Assembly: GCA_964230645.1 (NCBI GenBank)
Contig: CAXRHT010000002.1
Span: 320,001 to 384,000, forward strand
DNA length: 64,000 bases
Source: Bdellovibrionales bacterium
GTDB lineage: Bacteria > Bdellovibrionota > Bdellovibrionia > Bdellovibrionales > JAGQZY01
Reading direction: 5' to 3'
Part shown: piece after piece, positions 29,987 to 39,426 of the stretch
Layout of the letters: the number at the start of each line of letters is the position of its first letter
How positions within the stretch are numbered: the stretch's first letter is position 1
The notes under the pieces: generated by a model
What the model was told of the DNA's origin: nothing
Database searches by the model: none
Seen by the model: only the letters and a program-made list of their open reading frames with translations
Position numbers and translations under genes: made by a program

Positions 29987-30013
29987 CAAATTACGTTTGC
30001 TCACCAAAATACT

Positions 30014-30448
30014 TTAGAAGTCGTTTTTCCAGTCTTTTTGCCTCTGGCGTTTTCTCTCCCCGGTTTGCTTTTTTTCTTTGATACGCTTGTTGTGAGCGGA
30101 GCGGGGAACTTTTGTTTTCTTGCGTTTTTTGGGTTTGCTCAGTGCTTTCTCAAGAGCTTTAAACATTTTACGAACGCAATGGTCTTGGTTTTGCGGTCTT
30201 GTGCGATAGCGGTCACTATAGAAAAGAACATTTTTTTCTTTGTTAATCCTGCGTTCTAATTTTTTAAAAAGAAGACTTTTTTGCTCGTCATTAAAAACTC
30301 GGGTCTGAAAAAGAGGCCATATCAATTCCACTCGGGACTCTGTTTTATTGACCTTTTGGCCACCAGGCCCGCCACTTCTTGAATACTGGAAGTCAAACTC
30401 TGTTTTGAGTTGCTGTTTTTGTTTTTCCGACAAAATGTACTGAATCAT
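30014..30448 (-). CDS. arfB: Alternative ribosome rescue factor ArfB
   Basis: RSGGPGGQKVNKTES, R...QN, basic tail KPKKRKKTK; ATGA overlap with the upstream gene. Confidence 0.93.
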   Translation of the reverse strand: MIQYILSEKQKQQLKTEFDFQYSRSGGPGGQKVNKTESRVELIWPLFQTRVFNDEQKSLLFKKLERRINKEKNVLFYSDRYRTRPQNQDHCVRKMFKALEKALSKPKKRKKTKVPRSAHNKRIKEKKQTGERKRQRQKDWKNDF

Positions 30449-31299
30449 ACTTTGCGCCTCATCTTTAAGGGTCTTTTTGACACTAAATAATTTCCGCAAA
30501 GACAGAAAAAGACAAGAAGAACCCCACAGATTTGTAAATAGCTAAGCTTTTCGTTAAAAATCAACCAACCCAATAAAACTCCCCAAAAAAGACCGGCGTA
30601 GTTAAAAACCATCACTTTTGCTGCAGCCTCCAGCTGATAAGCAAGTGTCATGCAGTATTGGGCCACCTGTGTGAGGCTACCAATACCTAGCAAAATCAGC
30701 CAATCATAGCCCTGAGGCGTTTCCCATTGATAAGCCATTATAGGACTTACCATTGGAATCGTTATCAGCGGAAAATAGAGTATCACCACAAGCGGATCTT
30801 CAGTCGTGCGTAAATGTCGAACACAAGTATAAGCCATGGCTGCAAATAAAGCGGCACCAATTCCAAGCAGCATCCATATCCATGGAACCGGTTGTACCTC
30901 ACCCCGTACCATGACCACCCCTAGAAAGGAAAAAACCAAAAACACCCATTGTGATAAATTGGCTTTTTCTTTTAAATAAAAGTGGGCAATGATCACAGTA
31001 AATATCGGTGACAAATTAATGAGGGTCATACCCACTGCTAAGGGCACCTTCTGTAAGCAGGTAAATAGCGACAACAGGGCTATGGTGCCCAAAAATCCTC
31101 TTAAAAAAAGGACTTTTATATTGTTTCCCCAGAAGGAAGCTCCCTTTTTCCAAATAAAAAAAGAGCAAATTACAGCCGATATGCCAGCTCGGAAGACGAC
31201 GATCTGCGAGGCTGGCAGGTGTTCCAACCATTTCACCCCCACATTTATCACCGAATACAAACTTGTCGCCGCTATCAACAACCATACCGCACGCTGCAT
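30445..31299 (-). CDS. DMT/EamA family transporter
   Basis: About 10 TM segments, LSPIF...A...LKEK, second repeat ending FNEK. Confidence 0.9.
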   Translation of the reverse strand: MQRAVWLLIAATSLYSVINVGVKWLEHLPASQIVVFRAGISAVICSFFIWKKGASFWGNNIKVLFLRGFLGTIALLSLFTCLQKVPLAVGMTLINLSPIFTVIIAHFYLKEKANLSQWVFLVFSFLGVVMVRGEVQPVPWIWMLLGIGAALFAAMAYTCVRHLRTTEDPLVVILYFPLITIPMVSPIMAYQWETPQGYDWLILLGIGSLTQVAQYCMTLAYQLEAAAKVMVFNYAGLFWGVLLGWLIFNEKLSYLQICGVLLVFFCLCGNYLVSKRPLKMRRKV

Positions 31300-31324
31300 A
31301 GGACGATAAAACCACAGACTCTCT

Positions 31325-31367
31325 AATAAATGCACCTTGTTAAGGCGTCTAACAAGGTGCATTTATT
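31325..31367. repeat. Perfect 18-bp inverted repeat with 7-nt spacer
   Basis: AATAAATGCACCTTGTTA-AGGCGTC-TAACAAGGTGCATTTATT. Confidence 0.9.
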
Positions 31368-31438
31368 TTCACTTTCCTTTAAAAATGAGAGTTCACTGAA
31401 GTAGAAGATTCGCATTATTCAAAGCTAGGAGAGGACCA

Positions 31439-31717
31439 ATGGGTAAAGAAGTCACGATCGAACTCTATGGGGATGTTTTCAACTTTGAGATCGAAGACGA
31501 TGAGTCGATCTTGGATGGAGCCCTGAGAAACGATATCGATGCCCCTTACGCCTGTATGTCTGGAACCTGCAACTCTTGCCAGGCTTCTGTTGTTGAAGGT
31601 GAGGTTAAAATGGAAGACGCTGAGGCTCTTACTGACGATGAGATTGAGTCCGGTGAAATCCTCACCTGCTGCTCTTTTCCTACCACCGATAAAATTAAGG
31701 TGAAATACCCCGATTGA
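31439..31717 (+). CDS. [2Fe-2S] ferredoxin
   Basis: PYACMSGTCNSC...LTC. Confidence 0.95.
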   Translation: MGKEVTIELYGDVFNFEIEDDESILDGALRNDIDAPYACMSGTCNSCQASVVEGEVKMEDAEALTDDEIESGEILTCCSFPTTDKIKVKYPD

Positions 31718-31736
31718 TAATTTTAGCAAGCAAAAT

Positions 31737-31770
31737 AAAAAAAGCCGGTTTCAATAGCCGGCTTTTTTTT
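31737..31770. terminator. Bidirectional terminator
   Basis: AAAAAAAGCCGG..CCGGCTTTTTTTT between convergent genes. Confidence 0.85.
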
Positions 31771-31795
31771 ATTTTAAATATTTGAAAGGGCTTTA

Positions 31796-32524
31796 TTAGC
31801 TATCTTTCTTACCACCTTTTTTCTCGCTGGCTTCATCGACGATTTTCAAAAGTTCCACTTCAAATTTCAAAGCCGCTCCACCAGGAATTTTTGGTGGTGC
31901 ACCACGATCGCCATAAGCGATTTCTGAAGGACAGTAGAACTCAGCCTTAGCTCCAGGCTTCATCTTAGAAACCCCTTCCTGCCAACACTTAATCACTCTA
32001 TCCAAACGGAAAGTGGCAGGCTTGCCTCTTTCTTTCGTAGAGTCAAACACGGTTCCGTCACGAAGAGTCCCATGATAGTTCACTTCCACACGGTCTGAAG
32101 GCTCTGGGCTCTCCCCTTTTCCTTCTTCTTTCATAACGATAATAAGGCCTGAATCTGTTTTCTCAGCCCCTTCCATGCCCTCAGCTTTCTCAAGAAATTT
32201 CTTGGCTTCTTCTTTTTCTTTATCAGCAAAGGCTTTTTGTCGGGTTTTAATAAGCTGCCCTACTTTTGGAATGTACTCACGAGGGTCCACTTTACCTTCT
32301 TCGCCTTTGGCTCCATCGGTGATTCCCATTTTTAAAATCGCTAACTCTTTGTCGGAGAGCTGCAGGGTCTTCATTTTTGAGCCAACATCCATTCCGATGG
32401 CATAGACTGTTTTATCATCGTCTGTTTTTAGACTGGGGTTAGACCCACCGCCGGACTTCATTTTGTCACAGGCAGAAAGCGCTAAGAGTCCCGAAGCTGC
32501 AATTAACACGATTATGTATTTCAT
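31796..32524 (-). CDS. FKBP-type peptidyl-prolyl isomerase (FkpA/Mip-like lipoprotein)
   Basis: LSAC lipobox; YAIG; VNYHGTL.DGTVFDS; VIKCW.EG; AYG; FEVEL. Confidence 0.95.
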   Translation of the reverse strand: MKYIIVLIAASGLLALSACDKMKSGGGSNPSLKTDDDKTVYAIGMDVGSKMKTLQLSDKELAILKMGITDGAKGEEGKVDPREYIPKVGQLIKTRQKAFADKEKEEAKKFLEKAEGMEGAEKTDSGLIIVMKEEGKGESPEPSDRVEVNYHGTLRDGTVFDSTKERGKPATFRLDRVIKCWQEGVSKMKPGAKAEFYCPSEIAYGDRGAPPKIPGGAALKFEVELLKIVDEASEKKGGKKDS

Positions 32525-32819
32525 AGGTTGTTCTCCTTTTAACGATAGTCTGATGATGACCCCAAACTTTTCTATTTTCACTCGCTGACGCATCGCAAAC
32601 TCTTGATTTCACCAGCGTTTATTCGATCAAAAAGGCCAAGCCACTAAAGATTGCATATTTATTGATCACTTTAAAAAACGGAAACAGGGCTCCCCTCTTT
32701 AATGGCCCTCCTCTGAGTGGTTCAATCCTTTGACTAGAATGTCGACATTGAAATCATTATCTATACAAGCTCAAAAATTTCTCTGCTTTAATTCAGTCAA
32801 ACCAACATGGGAGGAACTT

Positions 32820-33203
32820 ATGAAATACTGGATTGTTTTTTTTATTTTAATCCTAGGGGCCTGCGCCCACCACAAAGATGTGCGTCCGGGAACAGAGGGT
32901 GTGCACTGGGTGAGTGTCAAAGGAGACGATCCAGACGCAGCGGCAGAAAATGCCCTTTCTCAAGCCAGACATTTTTGTGAAGAACAGGATTTGCGCATGG
33001 GTGTGGTTGAGGAGAAAAATGAGTACAAAGGCGATATGGATGAGAAGGAATACAACCAAGCCAAACGCACCTCCAAAGCGATCCAATCAGCCGGCGTTTT
33101 GCTCGGTGGAGAGGCTGGACGCATGGCCCGCCAAGGAGGACATGTCGCCTCCCAAAGTATCGGCCAAGGTTATCGCTACTCGATGAAGTTTAAATGCCTT
33201 TAA
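32820..33203 (+). CDS. Lipoprotein, hypothetical
   Basis: GGAGG RBS; LGAC lipobox; C-terminal FKC. Confidence 0.8.
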   Translation: MKYWIVFFILILGACAHHKDVRPGTEGVHWVSVKGDDPDAAAENALSQARHFCEEQDLRMGVVEEKNEYKGDMDEKEYNQAKRTSKAIQSAGVLLGGEAGRMARQGGHVASQSIGQGYRYSMKFKCL

Positions 33204-34024
33204 AACAAGTATTCGGCCTTTAAAAGAAACAGTTGGTAATCAAAGGATTCCAGCTCTCTTGTTTGGCCCGAGTTCACCGCCCTTTGCAATTGACGATCTT
33301 GGCTGCGAGGGCTTTGCTCCACACTGTATTCAATATTAGTTAGATATCGGTACTCAAAACTCACCTGCACCTGATCTAAAACTTCTGCACCGATCGAAGC
33401 ATAAACACCTTGGTCCCAACCTTGGGAAGCGTTTTCATCGGCGTTGTACTGCCTTCTTGAATGATTGATGACATAACCCAACTGCCCTGAAGACCACTGC
33501 GGTAAAAAAGAAAACAGTTTAAACACATCGTAACCAAGGCTCGCTGAGAACATATAGTGATCAATGTCCTCTTGATCAGTACGAGTGAGGCGATTGATAT
33601 CAGACTGCTGGAAAGTGTAAAGAAACCCACCGGATAAAATGAGATCACGCCACAGGTAGGCTCCTAGTTGCAATCCGCCAACACCACTTAGAACATCCAA
33701 ATTGCTCACTTGCGGATAATTAAAGCCTCCGCCTAAAACTCCTATGGTGTAGCTTCGGTCTTGGTATTGCTGTGGAGCTTTATAGCTAGTTTTCGTTTGG
33801 TAAATGGGCTCACTTGTATTCTCAAATTCAGAATGCATTTCTTCAACAGCGCTAGGAGCACCAGATCCACCGGGCTGAGAATTTTCCACTTGTGTTTTAT
33901 ACCACTGCTCTTTACTCACACTCGTCATATCCGCATTCGCCTGAGAGAGGACGAATGAGAATGTAAAAAATAAAAGAAGAGAAGCTCTCTTTTTTTTGTT
34001 ATTACTAGTTTTTATGAGTTTCAC
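33200..34024 (-). CDS. Outer-membrane beta-barrel protein
   Basis: Signal peptide, amphipathic strands, C-terminal AEYLF. Confidence 0.7.
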   Translation of the reverse strand: MKLIKTSNNKKKRASLLLFFTFSFVLSQANADMTSVSKEQWYKTQVENSQPGGSGAPSAVEEMHSEFENTSEPIYQTKTSYKAPQQYQDRSYTIGVLGGGFNYPQVSNLDVLSGVGGLQLGAYLWRDLILSGGFLYTFQQSDINRLTRTDQEDIDHYMFSASLGYDVFKLFSFLPQWSSGQLGYVINHSRRQYNADENASQGWDQGVYASIGAEVLDQVQVSFEYRYLTNIEYSVEQSPRSQDRQLQRAVNSGQTRELESFDYQLFLLKAEYLF

Positions 34025-34272
34025 TGGGAACTCTCCTTTGAGTAAAATAACAGGCTCTATTATATAAAACTTCCAATCTTTTAAGGGGTTTACCGATTTA
34101 ATTTGGAAAATCTACTCACCAAGGCAGTTTTTTCAATCCGAGCAAATGTGTATAAATCTTTAAATTTACTAGGGAATGTATAATTTTCTTGCTGTTTATT
34201 TTCTGTACACCTTTGGCCTCCTTTCCCCTACAACCCCCTCATTCGTTCAACTAAAAAAGGAAAGGAACAATT

Positions 34273-34797
34273 ATGAAAAAAATAATCAATGTCATGAGTA
34301 TTTTTGCTCTTTTGTCGACCTCTTTTTGTGGCCAGCAAAACCAAGTGGCTGAAGGTGCTGTTGATTCTGAAACTGTGGTTGTGAATCGTGTGCAAGAGCT
34401 ACAAGGAGAAAACGGAGAGACTCAATATTATGGTGAAGTGGGAATTGTCCACGGTGCCACCTCTCAGCAAGAGCTTAACCAAATGGTTGAAAACGATCAG
34501 GTTGAGTTTATGAGTGAAGAAGAACTTGAGGCCAGCGGAATCACTTTAGTTGAAGACGCGACCGAGACTTCTAACATGCAGGAAGTTGTTTTTTGGCCTT
34601 TCGCTTTAGCTTTTGGCTTGATCGTAGGACTAGCGGCCGGCGAAGCCAGCGCTGATTACAACCACAAGGTTTATCACCGCAATCGTCGTGTACACCGCAG
34701 AGGTCACCACACCTACAACTCTCACTCTACTTACTACCCTAGAAACCATCGTCGTCATCGCAGCAAAGTTAAGTACCACTCCACTTACTGGTACTAA
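34273..34797 (+). CDS. Exported protein with acidic N-region, hydrophobic segment and His/Arg/Tyr-rich tail
   Basis: AAGGA RBS; signal ending TSFC; followed by a terminator. Confidence 0.8.
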   Translation: MKKIINVMSIFALLSTSFCGQQNQVAEGAVDSETVVVNRVQELQGENGETQYYGEVGIVHGATSQQELNQMVENDQVEFMSEEELEASGITLVEDATETSNMQEVVFWPFALAFGLIVGLAAGEASADYNHKVYHRNRRVHRRGHHTYNSHSTYYPRNHRRHRSKVKYHSTYWY

Positions 34798-34836
34798 GAG
34801 TTTCTTAAAAATAATAATCAAAGTATTATGTTTCAT

Positions 34837-34869
34837 AAAGCCGAGAGAAAAATCTTTCGGCTTTTTTTT
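34837..34869 (+). terminator. Intrinsic terminator
   Basis: AAAGCCGAGAG..TCTTTCGGCTTTTTTTT. Confidence 0.8.
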
Positions 34870-34947
34870 ATTTACTAGGTGAGTTTTTCTTTTTTGAGGA
34901 CCAGGCTATTGAAGCATGGGAAACCGAGGACTCCGACCGAGGTTCAT

Positions 34948-34975
34948 AGGTCCTTCGGCTTCGCCTCAGGAGGAC
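34948..34975 (-). repeat. REP-like unit (same family as 13300 and 61656)
   Basis: AGGTCCTTCGGCTTCGCCTCAGGAGGAC resembles AGATCCTTCGCTACGCTCAGGATGAC. Confidence 0.7.
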
Positions 34976-35115
34976 ATTTCATTTTCTAAAGTTTGCCGCT
35001 TAGAAGAGGACATTTAATTTTGTAAAGTTTGCCGCCTAGAAGGGGACATTTAACCTTCTAAATTTTGACACCTATAGGGGGACATTTAACCTTCTAAATT
35101 TTGACACCTAGAAAA
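34972..35115. repeat. Four tandem 36-bp repeats without spacers
   Basis: Units begin GGACATTT at 34972, 35008, 35044 and 35080. Confidence 0.9.
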
Positions 35116-35220
35116 AGAAAGAGAATTTCGGGTGTTCATTGTTTGGACAGTCATTATAAATACTTTTCATCATCTCCCTCATTTTGAAATCTTACCTCAA
35201 ACCTATGGTAATTTGAGGCA

Positions 35221-35925
35221 ATGAACGAAAATCAATCTCAGGCTCAAGCCCCTAACAGTAGGCACTTCAATAAGCTTCTCTTTGTTTTGATTTTGCAGTT
35301 TTCTGTTCTCCCCGCTCACAGCTCTCCTATTTGTAGCGAAGTTTTCAAGGTGTTTCCACTAGTCGATCATATTCGTACTTTTAGAGAACAACAGATTATG
35401 GAAACCCCCGAGGTTTTTCGCTTTCGCTCGAGCGCTAACAATCGCTCGCGTATCACTGTGAAGGTGGATACACGTCTTGGTAAAAGTGCCTCAACGGTGT
35501 ATCTCACCAGCGATGGTCGCCATGTAGTGAAGCAGTATGAGGCCAAACGACGCATTTTTTTATATGAAATCCTTGTGACCGAATTTCTTATCGAACAAGG
35601 CCTTGATGTGCCTGCTGTGGTGGACTATTCCAGCAATGCTTTTGAACCCAACGGAGAACCTGTTTATGTCATCAAGGAGTACCGCCCGGGTCTTGACTGG
35701 GGCGAAAGAGAGCAGGTGGGTGTCCCTACTGATAGCGAGTTCCAACGTAAGCGAAAAGAGTTCAAGGAAGCTATGAAAGGTTTTGTGCGATGGCTTGCTG
35801 AGAATGAACAAGGAATTTACTACCTTACAAAAACAGCGGCTCTCCATCACCTCAATGAGTCTGGGGATTTTCATGCCGGCAATTGGGTCTATGGGCCTGA
35901 GGGCTGGATTCTTATAGATCCCTAA
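35221..35925 (+). CDS. Protein-kinase-like fold protein, probably secreted
   Basis: RLGKSASTVY, VVKQY, E..VTE.L, VIKEYRPG, GDFHAGNWV, WILIDP; N-terminal hydrophobic signal. Confidence 0.7.
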   Translation: MNENQSQAQAPNSRHFNKLLFVLILQFSVLPAHSSPICSEVFKVFPLVDHIRTFREQQIMETPEVFRFRSSANNRSRITVKVDTRLGKSASTVYLTSDGRHVVKQYEAKRRIFLYEILVTEFLIEQGLDVPAVVDYSSNAFEPNGEPVYVIKEYRPGLDWGEREQVGVPTDSEFQRKRKEFKEAMKGFVRWLAENEQGIYYLTKTAALHHLNESGDFHAGNWVYGPEGWILIDP

Positions 35926-35928
35926 CTG

Positions 35929-36933
35929 TTATTTAAAGACCTTGATCAGGTAAATTAAACTTGGAAATATAAGCCCACTACCAATTACGAGAGCCATTAC
36001 TAGCTGCCATAAAGTGGGCTCCGGAGCTGCCGCTTGATAAAAAGACATCGCTCCCTCTTTGGTAAGGATCAGATGAGGCCAAGTAATACTAAACCAACCA
36101 AAAAGAATGAGGGAAACCTGAGCCGCAGCGATTACTCTTAGGAGCCAAGCCGAATCTTTTTTAATCCGTATCCATAAACCAATAAATAGGAGAGTGGCTA
36201 ATACCAAACAAAACATTGCAAAACCACTGGATAGAAATTCCTGGATAAGACTTCTTTTTTCTAAAAAGGAACTTAAAAATAACAGGCCACCAATGACAAT
36301 GAGACTAATATTTAACCTTTTTGCCACTCTTATAAAATAAGCCTTTAGTTCCTCATCTTTGGTTTCTCCAATCATGTAAACACTTGCTAGAAAACTAAAG
36401 ATCGCTAAAGTAAAAAGACCCATAACAAAAGGAAACACACCCAGCCATGGCTCAAGAAATATTTCAAAAGCATCCTTTCCATTTTTAGTGAGAAGACCTC
36501 GGGTTAAGCTAGCGGCAATAATACCCAGCCACAGGCTCGTCCAAACGCTTGAAAGAGAAAAAAAGAAACTATAAATTTTTTGGCTAGTCTCGTCTTTTAT
36601 GGCGTCGTAATGACGAAAAGTAAAAGCGCAACCTCGAAACACAATCCCCACCAACAAAGCGACCAGTGGGAAGTGCAACGAGACCACAATCACACCAAAG
36701 GCCTTAGGAAATCCCATAAAAAGTATAACCACAAGAATAATCAACCACATATGATTGGCTTCCCACACAGGACCCATGGCACGATTGATCACCTCGCGCT
36801 GTTTTGCTTTCAAGTGCTTGGGAACAAAACACTCCATAAAACCGGCACCAAAATCGGCACCTCCTAAAATCACATAGAGGACTACTGAGGCTCCGATAAA
36901 AAGAATTAGAATATTAACGAGAGTCTCAACCAT
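35929..36933 (-). CDS. cydB: Cytochrome bd ubiquinol oxidase subunit II
   Basis: LGGADFGAG, GPVWEANHMWL, RG.AF.FR. Confidence 0.95.
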   Translation of the reverse strand: MVETLVNILILFIGASVVLYVILGGADFGAGFMECFVPKHLKAKQREVINRAMGPVWEANHMWLIILVVILFMGFPKAFGVIVVSLHFPLVALLVGIVFRGCAFTFRHYDAIKDETSQKIYSFFFSLSSVWTSLWLGIIAASLTRGLLTKNGKDAFEIFLEPWLGVFPFVMGLFTLAIFSFLASVYMIGETKDEELKAYFIRVAKRLNISLIVIGGLLFLSSFLEKRSLIQEFLSSGFAMFCLVLATLLFIGLWIRIKKDSAWLLRVIAAAQVSLILFGWFSITWPHLILTKEGAMSFYQAAAPEPTLWQLVMALVIGSGLIFPSLIYLIKVFK

Positions 36934-38209
36934 AGTGCTGCACCAATCGCTTTAAAAGCCAGGCTGTCATCGCACCTAAAAATAAATACAGGAAAAGAAA
37001 AATATAAAAATGATAACTCATTCCAGGAATGTTTGTGAGGGCTTCACTGGTTCTCATAAACCCGTAAATGATCCAGGGTTGCCGACCAACCTCGGTGGTC
37101 ACCCATCCGGCTTCAATCGCTACAAAGCCCATGGGACTTAAAAGCACGCAAGCTTTTAAAAACCAGGGGGGAAAGCTTTTTTTATAGAGAAAGAAAAAAT
37201 AAAGAACCGCAACAAGAGCCAGAAAACTTCCTATAGCCACCATCAACTGAAACGACAAATGAACAATCAACAAAGGAGGCCAGTCTTTTTTTGGAAACTC
37301 TTTTAACCCCTTCACTTCAGCATCAAAATCGTTAAAGGCTAAAAAACTGAGAAGACCCGGAATGGCGATAGCGCCCACCATTTCTTCTTTCTCGGGATCG
37401 GGAATTCCTCCAAGATAAAGGGGGGCTTGAGAAGAGGTGTGAAAATGCCCCTCCATTGCCGCAAGCTTTACAGGCTGCAATTCGGCCACCCTTTGAGCAC
37501 TAAAATGACCGACAAGAGGTTGCAGCAATGAGCAGACAGCCGCCAGTGTCATGGCGATGACAAAGGCTTTTTGATGAATTTCCTTACTTTTCTTTTTTAA
37601 GAGCAAGTAGGCATGAATCCCAGCAACAGCTAGGCCCACAGCCTGCAGGGCTGCCACTTGCATATGAAGGCTTTGGTGCAGCCAGGCGGGGTTAAACATG
37701 GCCTCAAAGGGATCCACATGGACAATCTCACCACCCTCAATTTGAAAGCCTTGTGGACTATTCATCCATGCATTAGCGGCCACCACAAAGATCCCTGAGG
37801 CAAATCCAGAGATCCCGACCATCACTCCCGTGAACCAATGCACCCAAGGGTTCATGCGGTTCCACCCATAGAGGAAAAGCCCCAAAGCCACAGCCTCCAA
37901 AAAAAAGGCCGTTCCCTCCCAAGAAAAGGGCATCCCGATGATGGGTCCTGCCCATTTCATAAAATCTGGCCATAATAGCCCCAGCTCAAAACTAAGGACC
38001 GTCCCCGAAACAGCCCCCACGGCAAATAAGATTGCCACACCCTTCATCCACATTTTGGTGAGATTCAAGTAGTTTTCATCTTTGGTTTTTAAGTATTTGT
38101 AATGGGCAATGGACATTAGAAAGGGCATTGTCATGCCAATAGCAGCAAAAATGATATGAAAGCCTAATGAAAAGGCCATAGAGAGTCTGGCTGCTAGTAA
38201 ATCACTCAT
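36926..38209 (-). CDS. cydA: Cytochrome bd ubiquinol oxidase subunit I
   Basis: FHIIF, GAVSG..LSFE.G..WP, QP.KLAAME, GW.TTEVGRQPW. Confidence 0.97.
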   Translation of the reverse strand: MSDLLAARLSMAFSLGFHIIFAAIGMTMPFLMSIAHYKYLKTKDENYLNLTKMWMKGVAILFAVGAVSGTVLSFELGLLWPDFMKWAGPIIGMPFSWEGTAFFLEAVALGLFLYGWNRMNPWVHWFTGVMVGISGFASGIFVVAANAWMNSPQGFQIEGGEIVHVDPFEAMFNPAWLHQSLHMQVAALQAVGLAVAGIHAYLLLKKKSKEIHQKAFVIAMTLAAVCSLLQPLVGHFSAQRVAELQPVKLAAMEGHFHTSSQAPLYLGGIPDPEKEEMVGAIAIPGLLSFLAFNDFDAEVKGLKEFPKKDWPPLLIVHLSFQLMVAIGSFLALVAVLYFFFLYKKSFPPWFLKACVLLSPMGFVAIEAGWVTTEVGRQPWIIYGFMRTSEALTNIPGMSYHFYIFLFLYLFLGAMTAWLLKRLVQHYG

Positions 38210-38343
38210 CGCAGGAGCATAATGACTTTTTTAGAAAGATCTGAGAAGATAAAAAGCAATGTGTTAACGTCCTTTCCACTGTTTTATTGCCTTAGCAATA
38301 AAATGGGCCATATATTTGGGGAAAAGATGAGGGGGAGAGAGTT

Positions 38344-39426
38344 TTGACCAAGGATTACCGGTATTTAAAAAAACACCTGCCAGATGACATTTTCAAGCCC
38401 AACCGGCTTTTTTTACTACCTCTGATCGGTACGGCTCTCGCAGGCTGGGCCTGTGTGGGAGTGATTGGACTCACTGAGCTTCCCTGGTACCTGAATCTTT
38501 GCCTTTCTTTACTTATCGGCTACTGCTGGTCGGTGGGAGGTCTGTTTGGCCATGAGCTCCTACATGGGGCCATTGTTCGTAGCAAAAAATGGCAAAACAT
38601 CATCGGATTTTTCTGTTTTCTCCCCTATTTAATTTCTCCCACTTTTTGGCGCTACTGGCACAATAAGCTTCATCATAGCTACACCCAGAAAATTATTATG
38701 GACCCGGATGCCTTCCCCACTCTGAAGATTTATAGACAAAGTAAATTCATACAATGGATGTTCCCCTTCACACCCGGTTCTGGAAAAAAGCGCAGCTTCT
38801 TTTATTTATTCTTCTGGTTTTCTTTCAATGCCCAGATCGCTCAACATTATTTTCGTTACCGCAATAAGATTTTTAATAAGCTCAACCACAAACGTGTGAA
38901 TGTTGAAATGGTTCTAGCCCTTCTGATCCACGCCTCGGTTCTTGTATGGCTTGGCCCCAGTCAGTGGTTCTGGGCCGTGATCATTCCTTTTGTGGTTATG
39001 AACTATATCCCTTTTTCCTACATCTCGACCAACCACAACCTAAGTCCTCTCACTAAACGCAATGATCCTTTAAGCAACTCACTCACTGTCACCAATCATC
39101 CTGTTTTGGAAGCCCTTCATATTAATTTTGGTTACCATGTGGAACACCACCTTTTTCCCACCATCTCTGGAGCTCATCTAAAAAAGGTTCACTATCTTCT
39201 CAAAAATGAGTTTCCCAGCAAGTATCAGTTCATGCCCAAGTGGCGCGCGATCAGGGCTCTGTATCAAACCTCTCGTATATATAAAAACTCGATGACGCTG
39301 GTGAATCCCTATTCAGGGAAAACTTTTGGCACTTTGGTTGAGGCCGAAGGAGTCAAAACAGAAGCTCCTCGAGACTATAAGAGCCCCAAAACGGAATTTA
39401 ATAACAGTCGGGACGTCGAAATCTAA
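38344..39426 (+). CDS. Membrane fatty acid desaturase
   Basis: His boxes HELLH, HNKLHH and HVEHH. Confidence 0.93.
   Translation: MTKDYRYLKKHLPDDIFKPNRLFLLPLIGTALAGWACVGVIGLTELPWYLNLCLSLLIGYCWSVGGLFGHELLHGAIVRSKKWQNIIGFFCFLPYLISPTFWRYWHNKLHHSYTQKIIMDPDAFPTLKIYRQSKFIQWMFPFTPGSGKKRSFFYLFFWFSFNAQIAQHYFRYRNKIFNKLNHKRVNVEMVLALLIHASVLVWLGPSQWFWAVIIPFVVMNYIPFSYISTNHNLSPLTKRNDPLSNSLTVTNHPVLEALHINFGYHVEHHLFPTISGAHLKKVHYLLKNEFPSKYQFMPKWRAIRALYQTSRIYKNSMTLVNPYSGKTFGTLVEAEGVKTEAPRDYKSPKTEFNNSRDVEI

Noticed and set aside
34972..35115. 36-bp repeats as a CRISPR array
   Set aside because: The units are contiguous with no unique spacers, and there are no cas genes in the window.
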